DNA from: Eledone cirrhosa
Taxonomy: Eukaryota
Assembly (NCBI GenBank): GCA_964016885.1
Contig: OZ024742.1
Span: 294,004,001 to 294,068,000 of the forward strand
DNA length: 64,000 bases
Direction of reading: 5' to 3'
This document shows, in pieces, positions 36,900 through 49,178 of the stretch. The notes under the pieces were generated by a model that did not search any database, had not been told where the DNA came from, and saw nothing but the letters and a program-made list of their open reading frames with translations. Position 1 is the stretch's first letter; the number at the start of each line of letters is the position of its first letter. Position numbers and translations under genes: made by a program.

Positions 36900-37816
36900 T
36901 CTATATATATAAAACTGAGGATGTCTGTCTGTGTATGTGTGAGTTTGAATCCCTAAAACTAGAGAAGCAGCCAACCGACTGTTTTCAAACTTTATACATG
37001 TAATACTTATGTTTCAGGGAATGTTCTGAGCAAAAACAATTTCAAATTTTCTATGCCCTAGGGACCGCATTAGGCGATTTAACGATCTCTCTCTATAATT
37101 CTTAGTCTTTCTCTTTTTAGATAGATACATACATATAACGTTGCGCCCTTATAATATCTGTCTGTATGTCTGGCTGTCTGTATTAACGTCACTTCCCTGA
37201 GGATGTGTGTGTGAGTTTGAATTCCTAAAACTCGAGAAGTATCCAACCGGTTCTTTTCAAACTTTACATGTGTATTACTTATGTTTCAAGGAGTGTTAGA
37301 CACATAAAAAAATTTAACTTTTTGATCTCCTAGGGCCCGCATTAGGTGAAAAACTGCGTTTTTTCAGGTTTTTAGGGGTTATTTCAGGTGTTACGACAGA
37401 CCAATTTCCTTGAAATTGTAACTATGTATTAGTCAGTCTCTTCTTCATACCGTGAGCAAAGAAAATCCAACTTTTTTTATGGCCTAGGGCCCGGCCCGCA
37501 TTAGGTGAAAAACTTCATTTTTTCAGCTTTTTAGGGTTTTTTGGAGGCGTTACGTCTAGCCACTTTCCCGAAATTTCAAGGCATATTATGCAGATAAAAA
37601 AATTATTTTCTTGATCCCCTAGGGTTCCGCATTAGGTGAAAAAATGCATTTTTCCTGCTTCATCGAGGAAAATCTTAAAAGATTATCCAGCCATCAGAGT
37701 ATTCGGTTTATTTTCTTTACATATTGTCCAGGCATGTAGTTTTTCCACGATTAGGTCTGTTGGCGGCCCGCGTTCCAAAATACCTTATCCCGTGCAACGC
37801 CGGGTACCACTGCTAG
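36900..37816 (+). mobile_element. Non-autonomous Helitron
   Basis: 5' TCTATATATATAAAA, (GTCT)n, internal repeats (CCTAGGG.CCGCATTAGG x4), 3' hairpin CCCGTGCAACGCCGGG, then CTAG; inserted between A and T. Confidence 0.82.
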
Positions 37817-37942
37817 TAACTTATAAATAAAACATTTAATATATCATATTGATCTTAATACTTGGTGGTTGTTTCTAATTAAACTATGGAGTTTCCCTGA
37901 AGTCAGCTAGCTATTATTAATGTTCTAATTTTATTTCTCCAG

Positions 37943-38106
37943 GGTTCCATGGATCATGCAGTTCTATTGTGTAGCCTACTCCTTGGTTTTGGTCTCAATG
38001 CTTTTGTATGTGTAGGAACTAAGTCAAAAGGCAATGTTCACTTTTGGGTTGTTACAATCAGTTGTGAAGGACTGGTTACATTTTGGGAAAGTTTGACTGG
38101 TCTCAC
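37943..38106 (+). CDS. CEP76: CEP76 coding exon 7 (transglutaminase-like core)
   Basis: GSMDHAVLLCSLLLGFGLNAFVCVGTKSKGNVHFWVVT...VTFWESLTG matches DCEDHANLLCSLLLGYGLEAFVCVGTKAKGVPHAWV...TFWESLTG. Confidence 0.93.
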
Positions 38107-38594
38107 GTAAGTTTTGCCTCAACATTTTGTAATAATTTAAGTTTTATTTCATTGACCAATTTTTAAACCCTTTGAACTCTAGCCCCTGCCATATATGCAG
38201 TCCCTAAACACTGGGTATCCACACACAAATCAATGAAAAAAAAATATGTCATTTAACTTTTTGTTACCATAATCCCAGTAGAAGGGAACCACAGTAGAAG
38301 AAGACCAAGAAAGACTTGGGCAAAGATTGTGAGAACTGACCACAAATTGCTAAAGTACATGATGAGTGGAGAGATGCTGTGCTGAGAAGGAGCTGTCCAG
38401 CCTATGCAAGCTTGGAAAAACATGTAAAAACAATGATGATTTTTCATGGAAGACACAGCCTATGATTTTCAAATAATTTTGAAAATAATGAATTTGTAAT
38501 ATAACTAACTTTATCATTATTAAGCTGGTGTTTAGAGCACAACTTAAAGGTTTTTCCATAAAATTATGGTATACGGTTTTTAGATAAATGAACA

Positions 38595-39068
38595 TGCTGC
38601 TGAAATGGATAAAAGTGCTCAGCCCACCTTGTAAGGTGGTTATACTGGTGACACAACAAAAGTCCCCAAGTCCATCATGGAAGGTGCTAATGTTGGTGTC
38701 ATGACAAAAGCGCCCAGCCTACACTGTAAAGTGGTCATTTTGGTGCCATTAAAAGTGCCTGGTCCACACTGTAAAATGGTCATCTTGGTGACACAATAAA
38801 AAGTGCCCGGCACACACTGTAAAGTGGTTGTGTTGGTGTAACAACAAAAAGCGCCTAGTCCATGCTGTAAAGAAGCTTTTGTGCCATGATAAAAAGCACC
38901 CAGTTCACACCGTAAATGTTAGCATTAGGAAGGGTTTCCAGCCATAGAAACTAAGCCAGAAACAGTTCTGTGTAAGACACTGTCATTTGACCTGTCACGT
39001 TCCACAACAGGACAACTTGCCTAATCCATGCTAGTGTGGAGAAATAGATGTTAACTGATGATGATGAT
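38595..39068 (+). repeat. RTE 3'-UTR fragment with ~7 tandem ~45-bp units
   Basis: Repeated AAAAG(T/C)GCCCAG..CACACTGTAAAGTGG..GGTG unit, then TTAGGAAGGG...(GAT)n. Confidence 0.75.
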
Positions 39069-39285
39069 AAAACTTTTAAAATCAACAGTTTTGTATCATG
39101 AAGCCTAGAGTGGTTTCAGAAGTATCAGAAGTGTTTTAAACCTGAAATAAAGATAAATGTACAAGACTTGACAAAAATCACAATTCTTTACTGAAGATTT
39201 CAGTCTAAATCAACAAAACTGTTTTTTTTTAAAAGATATATCCATCTTGTTTACACTAGAAAACAACATTAACATTATATATTAT

Positions 39286-39621
39286 GGAGGCACATGGCTT
39301 AGTGGTTAGAGCATTGGCCTTGCAATCGAAAGGTTGTGAGTTCAATTCTCAGACCGGGTGATGTGTTGTTTCCTTGAGCAAGACACTTTATTTCACATTG
39401 CTCCAGTTTACTCAGCTGTAGAAATGAGATGATAGGGACTGGGGTCCCTATCATTCCACTGCAAAGTGGTCGTGGAGGTGCCACGGCAAAAAAGCACCCA
39501 GCACTCACTGTAAATGAGGTTGGTGTTAGGAAGGGCATCCAGCTGTAGAAATCAAGCCAGAATCAGTTCCCGTCCCAACCTTGCAAGCAGGGAAAAGTGG
39601 ACGTAAAATGAAATGATGATG
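39286..39621 (+). mobile_element. SINE family A
   Basis: Same head, core and tail as the 14481 copy. Confidence 0.88.
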
Positions 39622-40551
39622 AATTACTATAAGGAGTTTCTTGTTAGCAGTTACAATTTATAGTCTACCAAAGAAGCCGTTTTTGTAGTTTTCACTGATT
39701 CCTCTTTCTACTTTTAACTTTTAACCCTTTTAATACCTGACTGTCTGAAACTGGTTCTATGATATTAAGCTGTATATTTTAGCGTGTTTCTATTTAAACT
39801 CCTTCCACCATAATTGTTATGTAAGAACAGTTAAGTTATAGTCTAAACATCAACTTAATGAGTACTAAATCACTTCAAATTCTTGATTAATTTCAAAATG
39901 ATTTGAAAATCATAGGTGATGTATTTTATTAGAAATACTATAATGAAAAGATTAATCATTTAGCATTTACATTACTCTATATTTACTATTGTATTTTCGA
40001 GGTAAACACTTTGACACATAATATCGAATCTATGAGATTTTGATGTTATTTATTTTGAGAACAAAACCTTAACATCAGTATGAGTGGCCAGTTACAGCTG
40101 GTTTGAACAGAAAGAGGTGAGAGCTGCTTTAAATGCTAAAGGGTTAAATAACATATATTTCAAAATATATAGGTGTTAGGAAGGGCATCCAGCTGTAGAA
40201 ATCAAGCCAAATCAGTTCCAGCCGACCAGACACTGCCCACAACAGGACAACCCGTCTAACCCATGCTAGCGTGGAAGAACGGACGTAAAACGGTGATGAG
40301 GATGATGATGATGATGAAGATGCACTTTTTACTCCTAAATTTGATATAAAAACCTACTTGTATCCTATACAACAAATAAAAATCTTAATTACTATTGTAC
40401 CTTTTTTCCCCAAACTTTTTTCTTCAAAGTACAGGTGTAGTTTATGTCCCCAAATTATGGTAATTAAAAATATCTGAGAACTCTATATTTTCTCCCATAT
40501 AAAGCTGCAATAAAAATAAATTTATAAAAGATATTTCCATTTCTGTTGTAG

Positions 40552-40672
40552 ATATATCCATAAACCTTTAGATCAAAATAATCCACCATTGGCCAAGAAA
40601 TATGCTCATTCCATGCCTTACAGAACTGTTGGTTGTATCTTCAATCATTGTCAGTTTTATGCCAATTGTCAG
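40552..40672 (+). CDS. CEP76: CEP76 coding exon 8
   Basis: YIHKPLDQNNPP...PYRTVGCIFNHCQFYANCQ|GT. Confidence 0.92.
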
Positions 40673-41372
40673 GTAAATCAATTTCTTGTATCCATTTCAA
40701 TGTCAATATCTGTTTGTTAGTCTATTCATTCAATGTCTGTGACCCCCTTCCCCCCTCTCACTGTTTTGCACCCAGTACACTCTGTAAAGTGGTTGGTAAT
40801 AGTAAGGACATCCTGCCATAGAAACCATACCAAACAAATGGTTGAGAGGACTCTTCAGTTGTTTCAGAGACCATGATAAAATGCACTGAATACATACACT
40901 CTGTAACATGGTTGGCAATAGGAAGGGCATGTAGAAACCATGCCAAAACTATAATGTATGTCAGTGAGGTGACAGTGACTCTGATTAGCTCTTAACATTC
41001 TGTATCGATTTAGCAGAAAATGAAAACACCTAAAAACATGCTTGTTTATTCAAATGTTTATAGTGTCTTTATTGTGGACAGACTGTTGGGAAAATTTGTA
41101 GTATCAGAATAAAATCTTCAATTTTTAATATGATGCAGTCATAGTGATGGTTTGTACTTTTCAAGAATGTTTTGATAATGTTGTTTCATGTGGTACAGGA
41201 TGTTAAGAACTGAATACTGTCTTGGTTTGTAACAACCCATCCAACCTTTGTCAGCATAGAAAATCAGGAATATAATGATGATGGTATTTTTTAATAGAAT
41301 ATATTTTATACAACAGTGGTATATTGCCTTTGAAATTATTGATATTATTTCAATAAATATTTTTTGTTTCAG

Positions 41373-41585
41373 TCAAGTGATGCTATCGAGACATGTGAAT
41401 TCAACTTGAAAGTGTCCAGCAGTTGGAAATCTATGTCTGAAGATGCTATCTGGTCAATTTGTGAACCTTCCTCCTGTCCACTCTGGCCTCCAATTTGTCC
41501 ACTTCGAAGGAATCCATTTGATACTGTAAAATATAGTAATTTTCTCGAGAACCAACTTTGTGATTTAGTTGTTGCATACAGACAG
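41373..41585 (+). CDS. CEP76: CEP76 coding exon 9
   Basis: SSDAIETCEFNLKVSSSWKSMSEDAI...LENQLCDLVVAYRQ|GT. Confidence 0.92.
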
Positions 41586-41649
41586 GTAAAATATCTTCTT
41601 AACTCTTTTGCAGCTATATTGTTAATACTTTCTTATGAAATACATTCAT

Positions 41650-41860
41650 TTAACCCTTTAGCATTTAAACTGGCCATATCCAGCCAGAATTCTCTCACTT
41701 CTTTCTGTTTAAACCAGCCATAACTGCCCACTCGTACTGACATTAAGGTATTGTTCTCAAAATAAATAACATCAGAATTTTATAGATTCGATATTATGCA
41801 AGATAAAGCCTTTACCACAAAAATACAATTGTATAGAGTAATGTAAATGCTAAAGAGTTA
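41650..41860. mobile_element. TTAA-flanked MITE (piggyBac-like termini TTAA|CCCTTTAGCATT...AATGCTAAAGGG|TTAA)
   Basis: Terminal inverted repeats plus TTAA. Further copies at ~15642-15816, 16982-18869 (split by RTE), 39952-40147, 42486-42700 and 55657-55810. Confidence 0.78.
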
Positions 41861-43741
41861 AATATAAGTTTGAAAGCAGATTCAGTGGAAAGTAGTTCCC
41901 GCTAGATCCTGTCAACAAGATCTCCATATGGTTTAAATACACAGCAAGTCTCCAATATCCGAATGGCCAAATGTCAGCAGAAGAGCACCCAGGAGTCATT
42001 ACCTAGATGCAGCCCGGCCTTCTTGGAGTGTAAGAAGTTAAAGGCCGAAATACTCGCTTGAATAGGGTTTCTTCCCTGAAGACCTCCTGCTGTCCAGCTC
42101 TCCTGAAAGTTTCTTACCATTATTTCAATTAATTATTGGAGAATTTGGTGGGGATTTACTAAAATTATTATTTCATTACTAAAATAGTAACCCAACATGA
42201 TTCAATGTCTCTTTTTTTTTCCTTTTTGCAAGGGTTGGTTAGGTTGTCACAGACCAAATGAGTGCTTATTTAGAGCCACTGATGTCTCACATAGGTTGTG
42301 CTGCATCTTGCTTACATACATTCCCAAACTCTTCAGAATGAGTGGTACATTTTATCATAGCAGGAGGACATTATGTCCTTGACACAACTGAAGAGACTTC
42401 TTTACCCTTTATTTGACAAGTTTTCCATAGCTTGATGCTCTTCCCATCACCAAATGGTTCTTATATAAAATAATGTTGGAAGACTTAACCCATTAGCATT
42501 TAAACCAGCTGTATCCAGCCGGGATTCTCTTATCTCTTTTTGTTCAAACTGGCCGTAACCAGCCACTCATACTGATGTTAAGGTATTGTTCTCAAAATAA
42601 ATATCAAAATCTCATAGGTTCGATATTATGTGAGATAAAGCCTTTACCATGAAAATACAATCGTATATATAGAGTAATGTAAATGCTGCTGAAGGGTTAA
42701 ATTTAAATAGAAACCTGTTACAAGGGGTGAATTTGTTTGATAGAAGAACCAGAGCTGTTCAGTATCCAAGTATTGCTAAATTATGGAGTTAAGTTGGACA
42801 GCTATTGTCATGTTAGCAGGATGGATCTGACTATTGACTGAGCACACCATGATCACTGCTTTTGTTTGTTCTGAAAAGGACAAGCAGGTTTCTTTATTGG
42901 CCCTAGGTAGCTGTCTTCCCCTCTCAGGAATCTATTACAATCTATTATTGTAGGTGTAGATCACTTTTTTTTTTTCATTTTAATTTCAACGTAAACCCTG
43001 ACATTTTTTGTAGCCTGTTCCCAGATTTGTCACCCCTGTGAAAGAAAATAATAATTATAATCATTATTATTTCTTCAGTGTGCTTTGCAGCAAAGAATTA
43101 CAGCCCTTTATGGTCTGAGTTCAAATCCTGCCGAGGTTAACTTTGCCTTTCATCCTTACGGGGTCGATAAAATAAAGTACCAGTAATGCACTGGCCTTGT
43201 ACCAAAAGTAGAAACAATTATTATTTCTTCAGTGTTTTAAATCTTTATTTTCTTAATCTCTTTTATAAATTTTATTTTACACTAAGAAAAACCCACACCG
43301 TATCGTCTTTAATGTTACCCGAGGTTAGCTTTGCCTTTCATCTTTACAGGGTTGATACAATAAAGTACCAGTAATGCTCTGGGGTCTATTTAATAGACTT
43401 TCTTCTCCCCACAAATTGCTGGCCAGGTGTCTAAATCACAAACCATTATTATTATTGACCCCTATATGTAGGCCCTAGTGGCCAATAAAAAAAAAAATCA
43501 TCATCATCATTATTATTATTATTATTATTATTGGCGACCTACGTAGTAAATCGTATCATCGTGAGCTCCGCAAAGGTTTGTTATTTCCGTTTGTTAAAAA
43601 TTGCCATTTATGGAAAATTTTTATTGTTAACCATATATAAGCGCACATACATTGTTTTCTGAAAAGGACACCCAAAAAGATTGGGGCCTTGTGCCCAAAA
43701 TTTAAACCTTTATTATTATCAAAAAATTTCTTTGAAAAAAA

Positions 43742-45730
43742 ATGGCTAATTCCCCTCTGCACGAAGCAGCTGAAAGCCTTCCTCACAAAATAACACCTCA
43801 CACCGACACCACCATTGTAAATGTTACTACGTTTGCCAACACGACAAAAAATATAAGCAGTAGCAATATTTTAAATTTGTCTCAGGCAGACATTCATTTC
43901 CCGCCATTACCAATGACTGCAGGTGTTAAAGCCTCCACCACCACCACCACCGCGACAACCCCCACCCCCACCACCACCGCGACAACCCCCACCCCCACCA
44001 CCACCGCGACAACAGAAACAAAAGAAGAAAAAAATAAATTAACTCGTGATGTCGAAATGAAATCAAGCAAAATGGACTCTTCCCCACCAAAGACGACTGA
44101 CGTCACCACCGCCACAACTGAAACTAAAATTAATATTAACACAAATAACGATAGCAACAACAACAACAATGACATTATAAAACCGACCCTCAGTTTCGCC
44201 ATAGTAGCAAAACAATTCGAAGCATTCACGGTAACTCAAGAGGATTTATAAAATGCCAAACAAATGGTAAAGAAAGATGGGTACAGGGTCAGCCTCACCC
44301 CCCCACCTAATAAAATGGAGCATCGGCGCCTATGCACCGTGTCGTATAGAACAATAAATGTAAAATCGCGCCGAGTGGAATGGGCATCCGAGTCCCAAAT
44401 CCAAAAAGCTTTGGGACATGTGTGGGCAAGAAAAACCCACATGAGACGTGGGCAAAAGTATGGAACCGTGGACGTGTTCTTTGAAACACCAGAGGAGGCT
44501 AGAGAACACTCTATGGCCCCATTAAGAAGTGACGACTTCACACTCGTCCCAAGCTATTGTGGCCAGAGACTCGTAAAGATCAGGGTGACCCACGTTCCAC
44601 CGGCCATCGAAATTCCCTGGCTAATAGCGGCCGTCCTCGCCGGCATCGGGGCCAACACAAAAATAATAGCAATAGCAAAAGAAAAGCAGGAGAACTGGTC
44701 CGGATCTGGGATGGAGCTCCTGATCCAAGCGGACCAAAAAAGCATTGAGGAGATCCCAGAGGTAATAGACCTCACGGTAATTGTCGAGGGCAGAAGACCT
44801 AGGTGTGTCGTTTGTGGTGAAGGAACCCACCTAAGGGCTTTCTGCCCTCAGGCTAAAAGGTTGAGGCCACCTCTCCTACCCACCCCAATGACACAACCAT
44901 CAACACCACCAGTAGCAGAGACGGCAGCAACAACAGAAGCAACTATAACAGCAACAACCCCAGCAACAGTAGCAAAACCAACACCACCACCACCACCAGC
45001 AAAATCAACACCACCACCACCCAACGCTTCAGAACTAGCACCAGCGCCTACACCATCCACCACGCCACAACCAAAACTAACGCCTGTGGAGGATTTTCCA
45101 CTCCCCGGCCTATCACAACTGGAGACAGATTGTGACGACGAGGAGTGGGAAACGATATCCGGAAAAAAAAAAAGAAACCAAAAAAGAAAAAATTCTCTTC
45201 CTTCCCCCTCCAAAAACAAAATACAGAGGGAAACAAATAAACTAAGAAACAAAAAAGTTAGGACAGATATGCCACCATCCACACCAGCATCACCAACCCC
45301 ATCAACCCAAACACCAACACCATCACCATCATTAACCCCAACACCACCATCACCTACACCACAAAAGTCACCAAAATGCGAAACAGAAACAAACCCACAA
45401 CAAACACAAACAAAACAAAACAACCAAAACGATACACACTACACAGCATTAAATTTGAACAACAAGCAATTATTACACTACATCCAACACAACACCAGCA
45501 TCACAGAAAAAGACTACACAACAACCCCAAAATTCACACCACCGCCACACATACAAATCACTCGCATCACACAGAAAACGTACATGACACTAAAACAAAA
45601 ATTCCCCAAAGACATCGGAGACTTCCGACAAGCACTCTCCAGGAGGATTTATAAGGACATCCTTCCTGAGGAGGCCACAAGCAGTGAAAAGGATGGAAAA
45701 ACCGTCCTTCCCCTACGAGAAGTAAGGTAA
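43742..45730 (+). pseudogene. Tx1/L1 ORF1 (gag-like) with one in-frame TAA
   Basis: ORFs 43742-44251 and 44264-45730 share a frame. Contains CVVCGEGTHLRAFC (CX2CX4HX4C), Pro/Thr-rich linkers and a basic KKKRNQKRK patch. Confidence 0.85.
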
Positions 45731-45764
45731 GTGGTCTTTCCCATCTTTTCCACTCCTTTTCAAC

Positions 45765-48700
45765 ATGACCTCACTCAGAATAGGCAGCATAAATGCGCGT
45801 GGCTTGGGGTCGTCATGGAAGCAGGGCCACCTGCTCAACGACCTCAGGTCACTAAACATAGATGTAGTGGCCATCAGCGAGACCAGAATCTCCGAAGCAC
45901 AGGCTTTCGCACCGATCTTCGGCGGCTACGATGTGTACGCATCTCCCAGCCGTCCGGGATCGGGGGGAGGAGTTGCTGTGCTTTTTCGGAGAGGTTTGGA
46001 TCTTGCCATACGGGCCATCTTCCTGGACCCAGAAGGTAAGTTGGTGGTGCTGGACGTGACCAGCGGAGACGGGCAAGCTTTCAGGTTAGTGGCCGTCTAT
46101 GCCCCGACAGGAGCAGGGCGGCCTGATTTCTTCCGGCGTCTGGAGACCTTTCTTGGAACGTCCCGCTCTTTAGTGTTAGTGGGCGACTGGAACGGGATCT
46201 TAGATGCACGCTGGGATTGTGTGGGATTAGTGGATAGGGAAGGAGGGTGCAAGAGTCTCACCAACCTGCTCAGACGTTTTGAACTGTCTGACAGGTACTG
46301 AATGGATTTCCCGAATGTACCAATGTGGACTTGGACAAATCGCATAGGGTCATCCAGATCATATCTAGATAGAGTATTTTGTAGGGAAATAGATAGGTCT
46401 AGCATAGGCTGTCCACAATTCAAGATAGTCAGCTACACGGACCACAAATTCGTGATCTGTGTGGTTGACTTAGATAGGCTTCATAGACGAGGACCCGGCT
46501 TCTGGAAGCTAAACGCGTCCTTACCAGCGCGCAAGGCCTACAGAGACCGGATTAGCGAACTAGTTAAGCGGGCGTTGACGGGGGCCATCGTCAACAACAA
46601 GTGGTGGTTTGCTCTGAAAAGAGCAATTAGAATAGAGTCCATTAGGTTTAGTAAGACTTTAGCAATAGAGAAAAATAGAGCAGAGGGAGAATTAGTAAGA
46701 AAATTAGATGAGGCGCTTAGCAAAGCCATCGCGACCGACGTACTTGCGGCGAAATTGGCCCTTGACCAATTCTTCAATGCAAAGCACGAAGGCTGCGTTG
46801 TCAGAGCTAGGGTGCGTGCTCTCAGACACGAGGGGACGAAAGCTGTTCAATGGGCCCGAGTGGCGGAGGCGCGTCGTGGCAACAAAGCCACGATCCGGTC
46901 TTTGGTGGACCACGTCGGGCGCATGCTACTCGATCCCGGGCAAATGTGTGAAGCTTTTCAGCGACACTTCGCTCAACTGTTCGGGGGCAGTGGCGGGCCG
47001 GATCGAGGGATGGACTTTAGTGTCTACCTCGACGGACTGCCACGGCTTTCGGCCACTGAGGCGGAGTGTTGCGAAAAGCCGATAACAACCGCTGAAGTAC
47101 AGGATGCAATGACTAGTTGCACAAGGGGTAAATCGCCTGGTTTGGATGGTCTGCCCTATGAACTTTACGTACAAATGCCAAACTTGTTCGGAGGCCTCTT
47201 GGCGAACGTCTACTGCAACTGGCAACAGAACGGGAGAATTCCCAGTTCTGTGAGCCGAGGAGCAGTGGCACTGCTGAGAAAGGATCCGAACAAGGGGGAT
47301 AACATAGATAATTTTAGGCCCATAACTCTGCTAAACACAGAGTTCAAGATTTTGGCCAAGGTGCTAGCAAAGAGGTTGGCGCTTGTCGTTGGTGGTCTGG
47401 TGGGAGAGGCACAGACATGCGCCATTCCCGACAGATCCATCCACGACAACCTCCACCTCATGTGATGCATCGTAGAGAGGGTAGCTAGGGAACCTGGCAC
47501 GGGTGGGTCTTTGATCAATTTAGATCAGTCGAAAGCCTTCGATAGGGTCGACCATCGTTACCTAGCGGCAGTCCTGAGGGCGGCTGGCTTTGGGCCCGTC
47601 TTCAGAGGCTGGATCGCTGCCATGCACAGCAACATCTGCTCTGTAGTGAGAGGTCACCTTTCGGAACCGTTCAACATCATGCGCTCGGTCCGCCAAGGAT
47701 GTCCCCTCTCGTCCCTATTGTACGAATTCACTCTTGAGCCACTACTGCACAAACTGGAGACGTTGAGGGGGATCCCGCGCGAACTAGGATGCGGAAGATC
47801 CGTGTCAGCATATGCCGACGATGTCACCGTAGTGGTGTCGAACGCCAAACACATCGAGGCGATCGGCACTACACTAAGAGAATACGAAGCGGTGACAGGA
47901 GCAATGATCAACCAGGAAAAGTCAGTGGGCCTGCAGCTCGGCACCTGGAGAGGCAGGTCCATGCCGTAAAACAGCGTCGTCGGGCGCTGGACGGACGGAC
48001 CGGTTAAATTGCTAGGGGTCTGGTTCGGTCCAGACCTCCAGACGGACAAAAACTGGGACGAGGTGACGAGCAGGGTGGCTTCTCTCACCCAGAAATGGGC
48101 CGAGAGGAAGCTATCCCTGAAAGGTCGAGCGGAGGTGGCGAATGCGTACATCGCATCCGTCATCTACTACCGCCTGACCGTCGTACCTTGTCCTAAGCCC
48201 CGCCTGACTGCGCAGGAGCGTTTGCTCTTTCGCTTCTTGTGGAAGGGACGCGCTCCGATGGTCAGGCGGTCCATCTGCTGTCAACACCCGCTACGTGGAG
48301 GGCTGGGCATGCCGTGGCTGATGATGCGCAGACACGCGCTCAGGCTACGACATCGCCACCTCTTCCTCGACGGTGATCAGGTGTGGTCGCCGTTTGCTAG
48401 ACACGTTTTTCCCCAGCTCGTCTCCTTGACGGAGCTGCAGTCCTGGGTCAAGCGAAGACCGAGAGGGAGCGCTTGGAGACTGGAATGTCTTCAGGCGCTC
48501 ACAGCCCTCGACCAATCGGGCAATGTGATCGGTGGAAACTCCACCTTGGCGTTCTATAGGGGATTAGTGGAGGGGAAGAGCAACGACGTACTTGGAGAAA
48601 CTCTAGGCGTCGACGAAAATCAACTAGCCAATCTCTTCGGAAGGACTTTCGGGCTGGGGCCTATGGACAACTTCCAGAAATCCCTGGCCTGGCAGTGCTA

Positions 48701-49178
48701 CCGAGGAGCTTTGCCAGTTCGGGATAAACTCTACAGGCATGGAGGTGCCGTCAGCCGGGCATGTCCGAGATGCGCGTAGGGCAACGAAACCGTCCTGCAC
48801 GTACTCGTCCAGTGTCCGAGCATTGCTGACTTGTGGGTTTATGTCGAACACCTGCTGTCACGTGTAGGACGGATCCAGCTATCAGCTGAGTCCATCGTGA
48901 GGGTTGCCCTGCCCCCTTCCTTTAGCCTGGAAGGGCAGGCAGTTTTTATCTGTCTGGTGGCCATGGCGAAAGAGATAGTATGGTGGACACGTTTGAAAGG
49001 GCTGAAGACGAGCACTTACCTCTTCGGTGATGCCCTGATTAACTTTTTCAAATTTCATTTGAAAAGGAAAATCAGGGTAGAGAGGGAAGTGCTCTCTTCC
49101 CAACATTTTGTTGAAAGATGGGTGAGAGAAGCAAGTATGGCCCGAATGAATGGGCCTTCTCTGAGTATGTGTCTGTAA
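45765..49178 (+). pseudogene. Tx1/L1 ORF2 (APE endonuclease + RT + zf) with four in-frame stops
   Basis: Motifs IGSINARGL, VGDWN, YLDR, TDH, KSPGLDG, FRPITLLN, DQSKAFD, QGCPLS, YADD and CPRC..ETVLH...C. Stops at 46299, 47463, 47967 and 48777 are all in one frame. Confidence 0.92.

Noticed and set aside
38595-38920. CRISPR-like periodic array
   Set aside because: Eukaryotic context; the units are degenerate tandem copies without unique spacers and match the RTE 3'UTR.
45765-49178. Programmed readthrough or A-to-I rescue of Tx1 stop codons
   Set aside because: The stops are of mixed types and best explained by C->T decay; editing would give Trp rather than the likely ancestral Arg/Gln.
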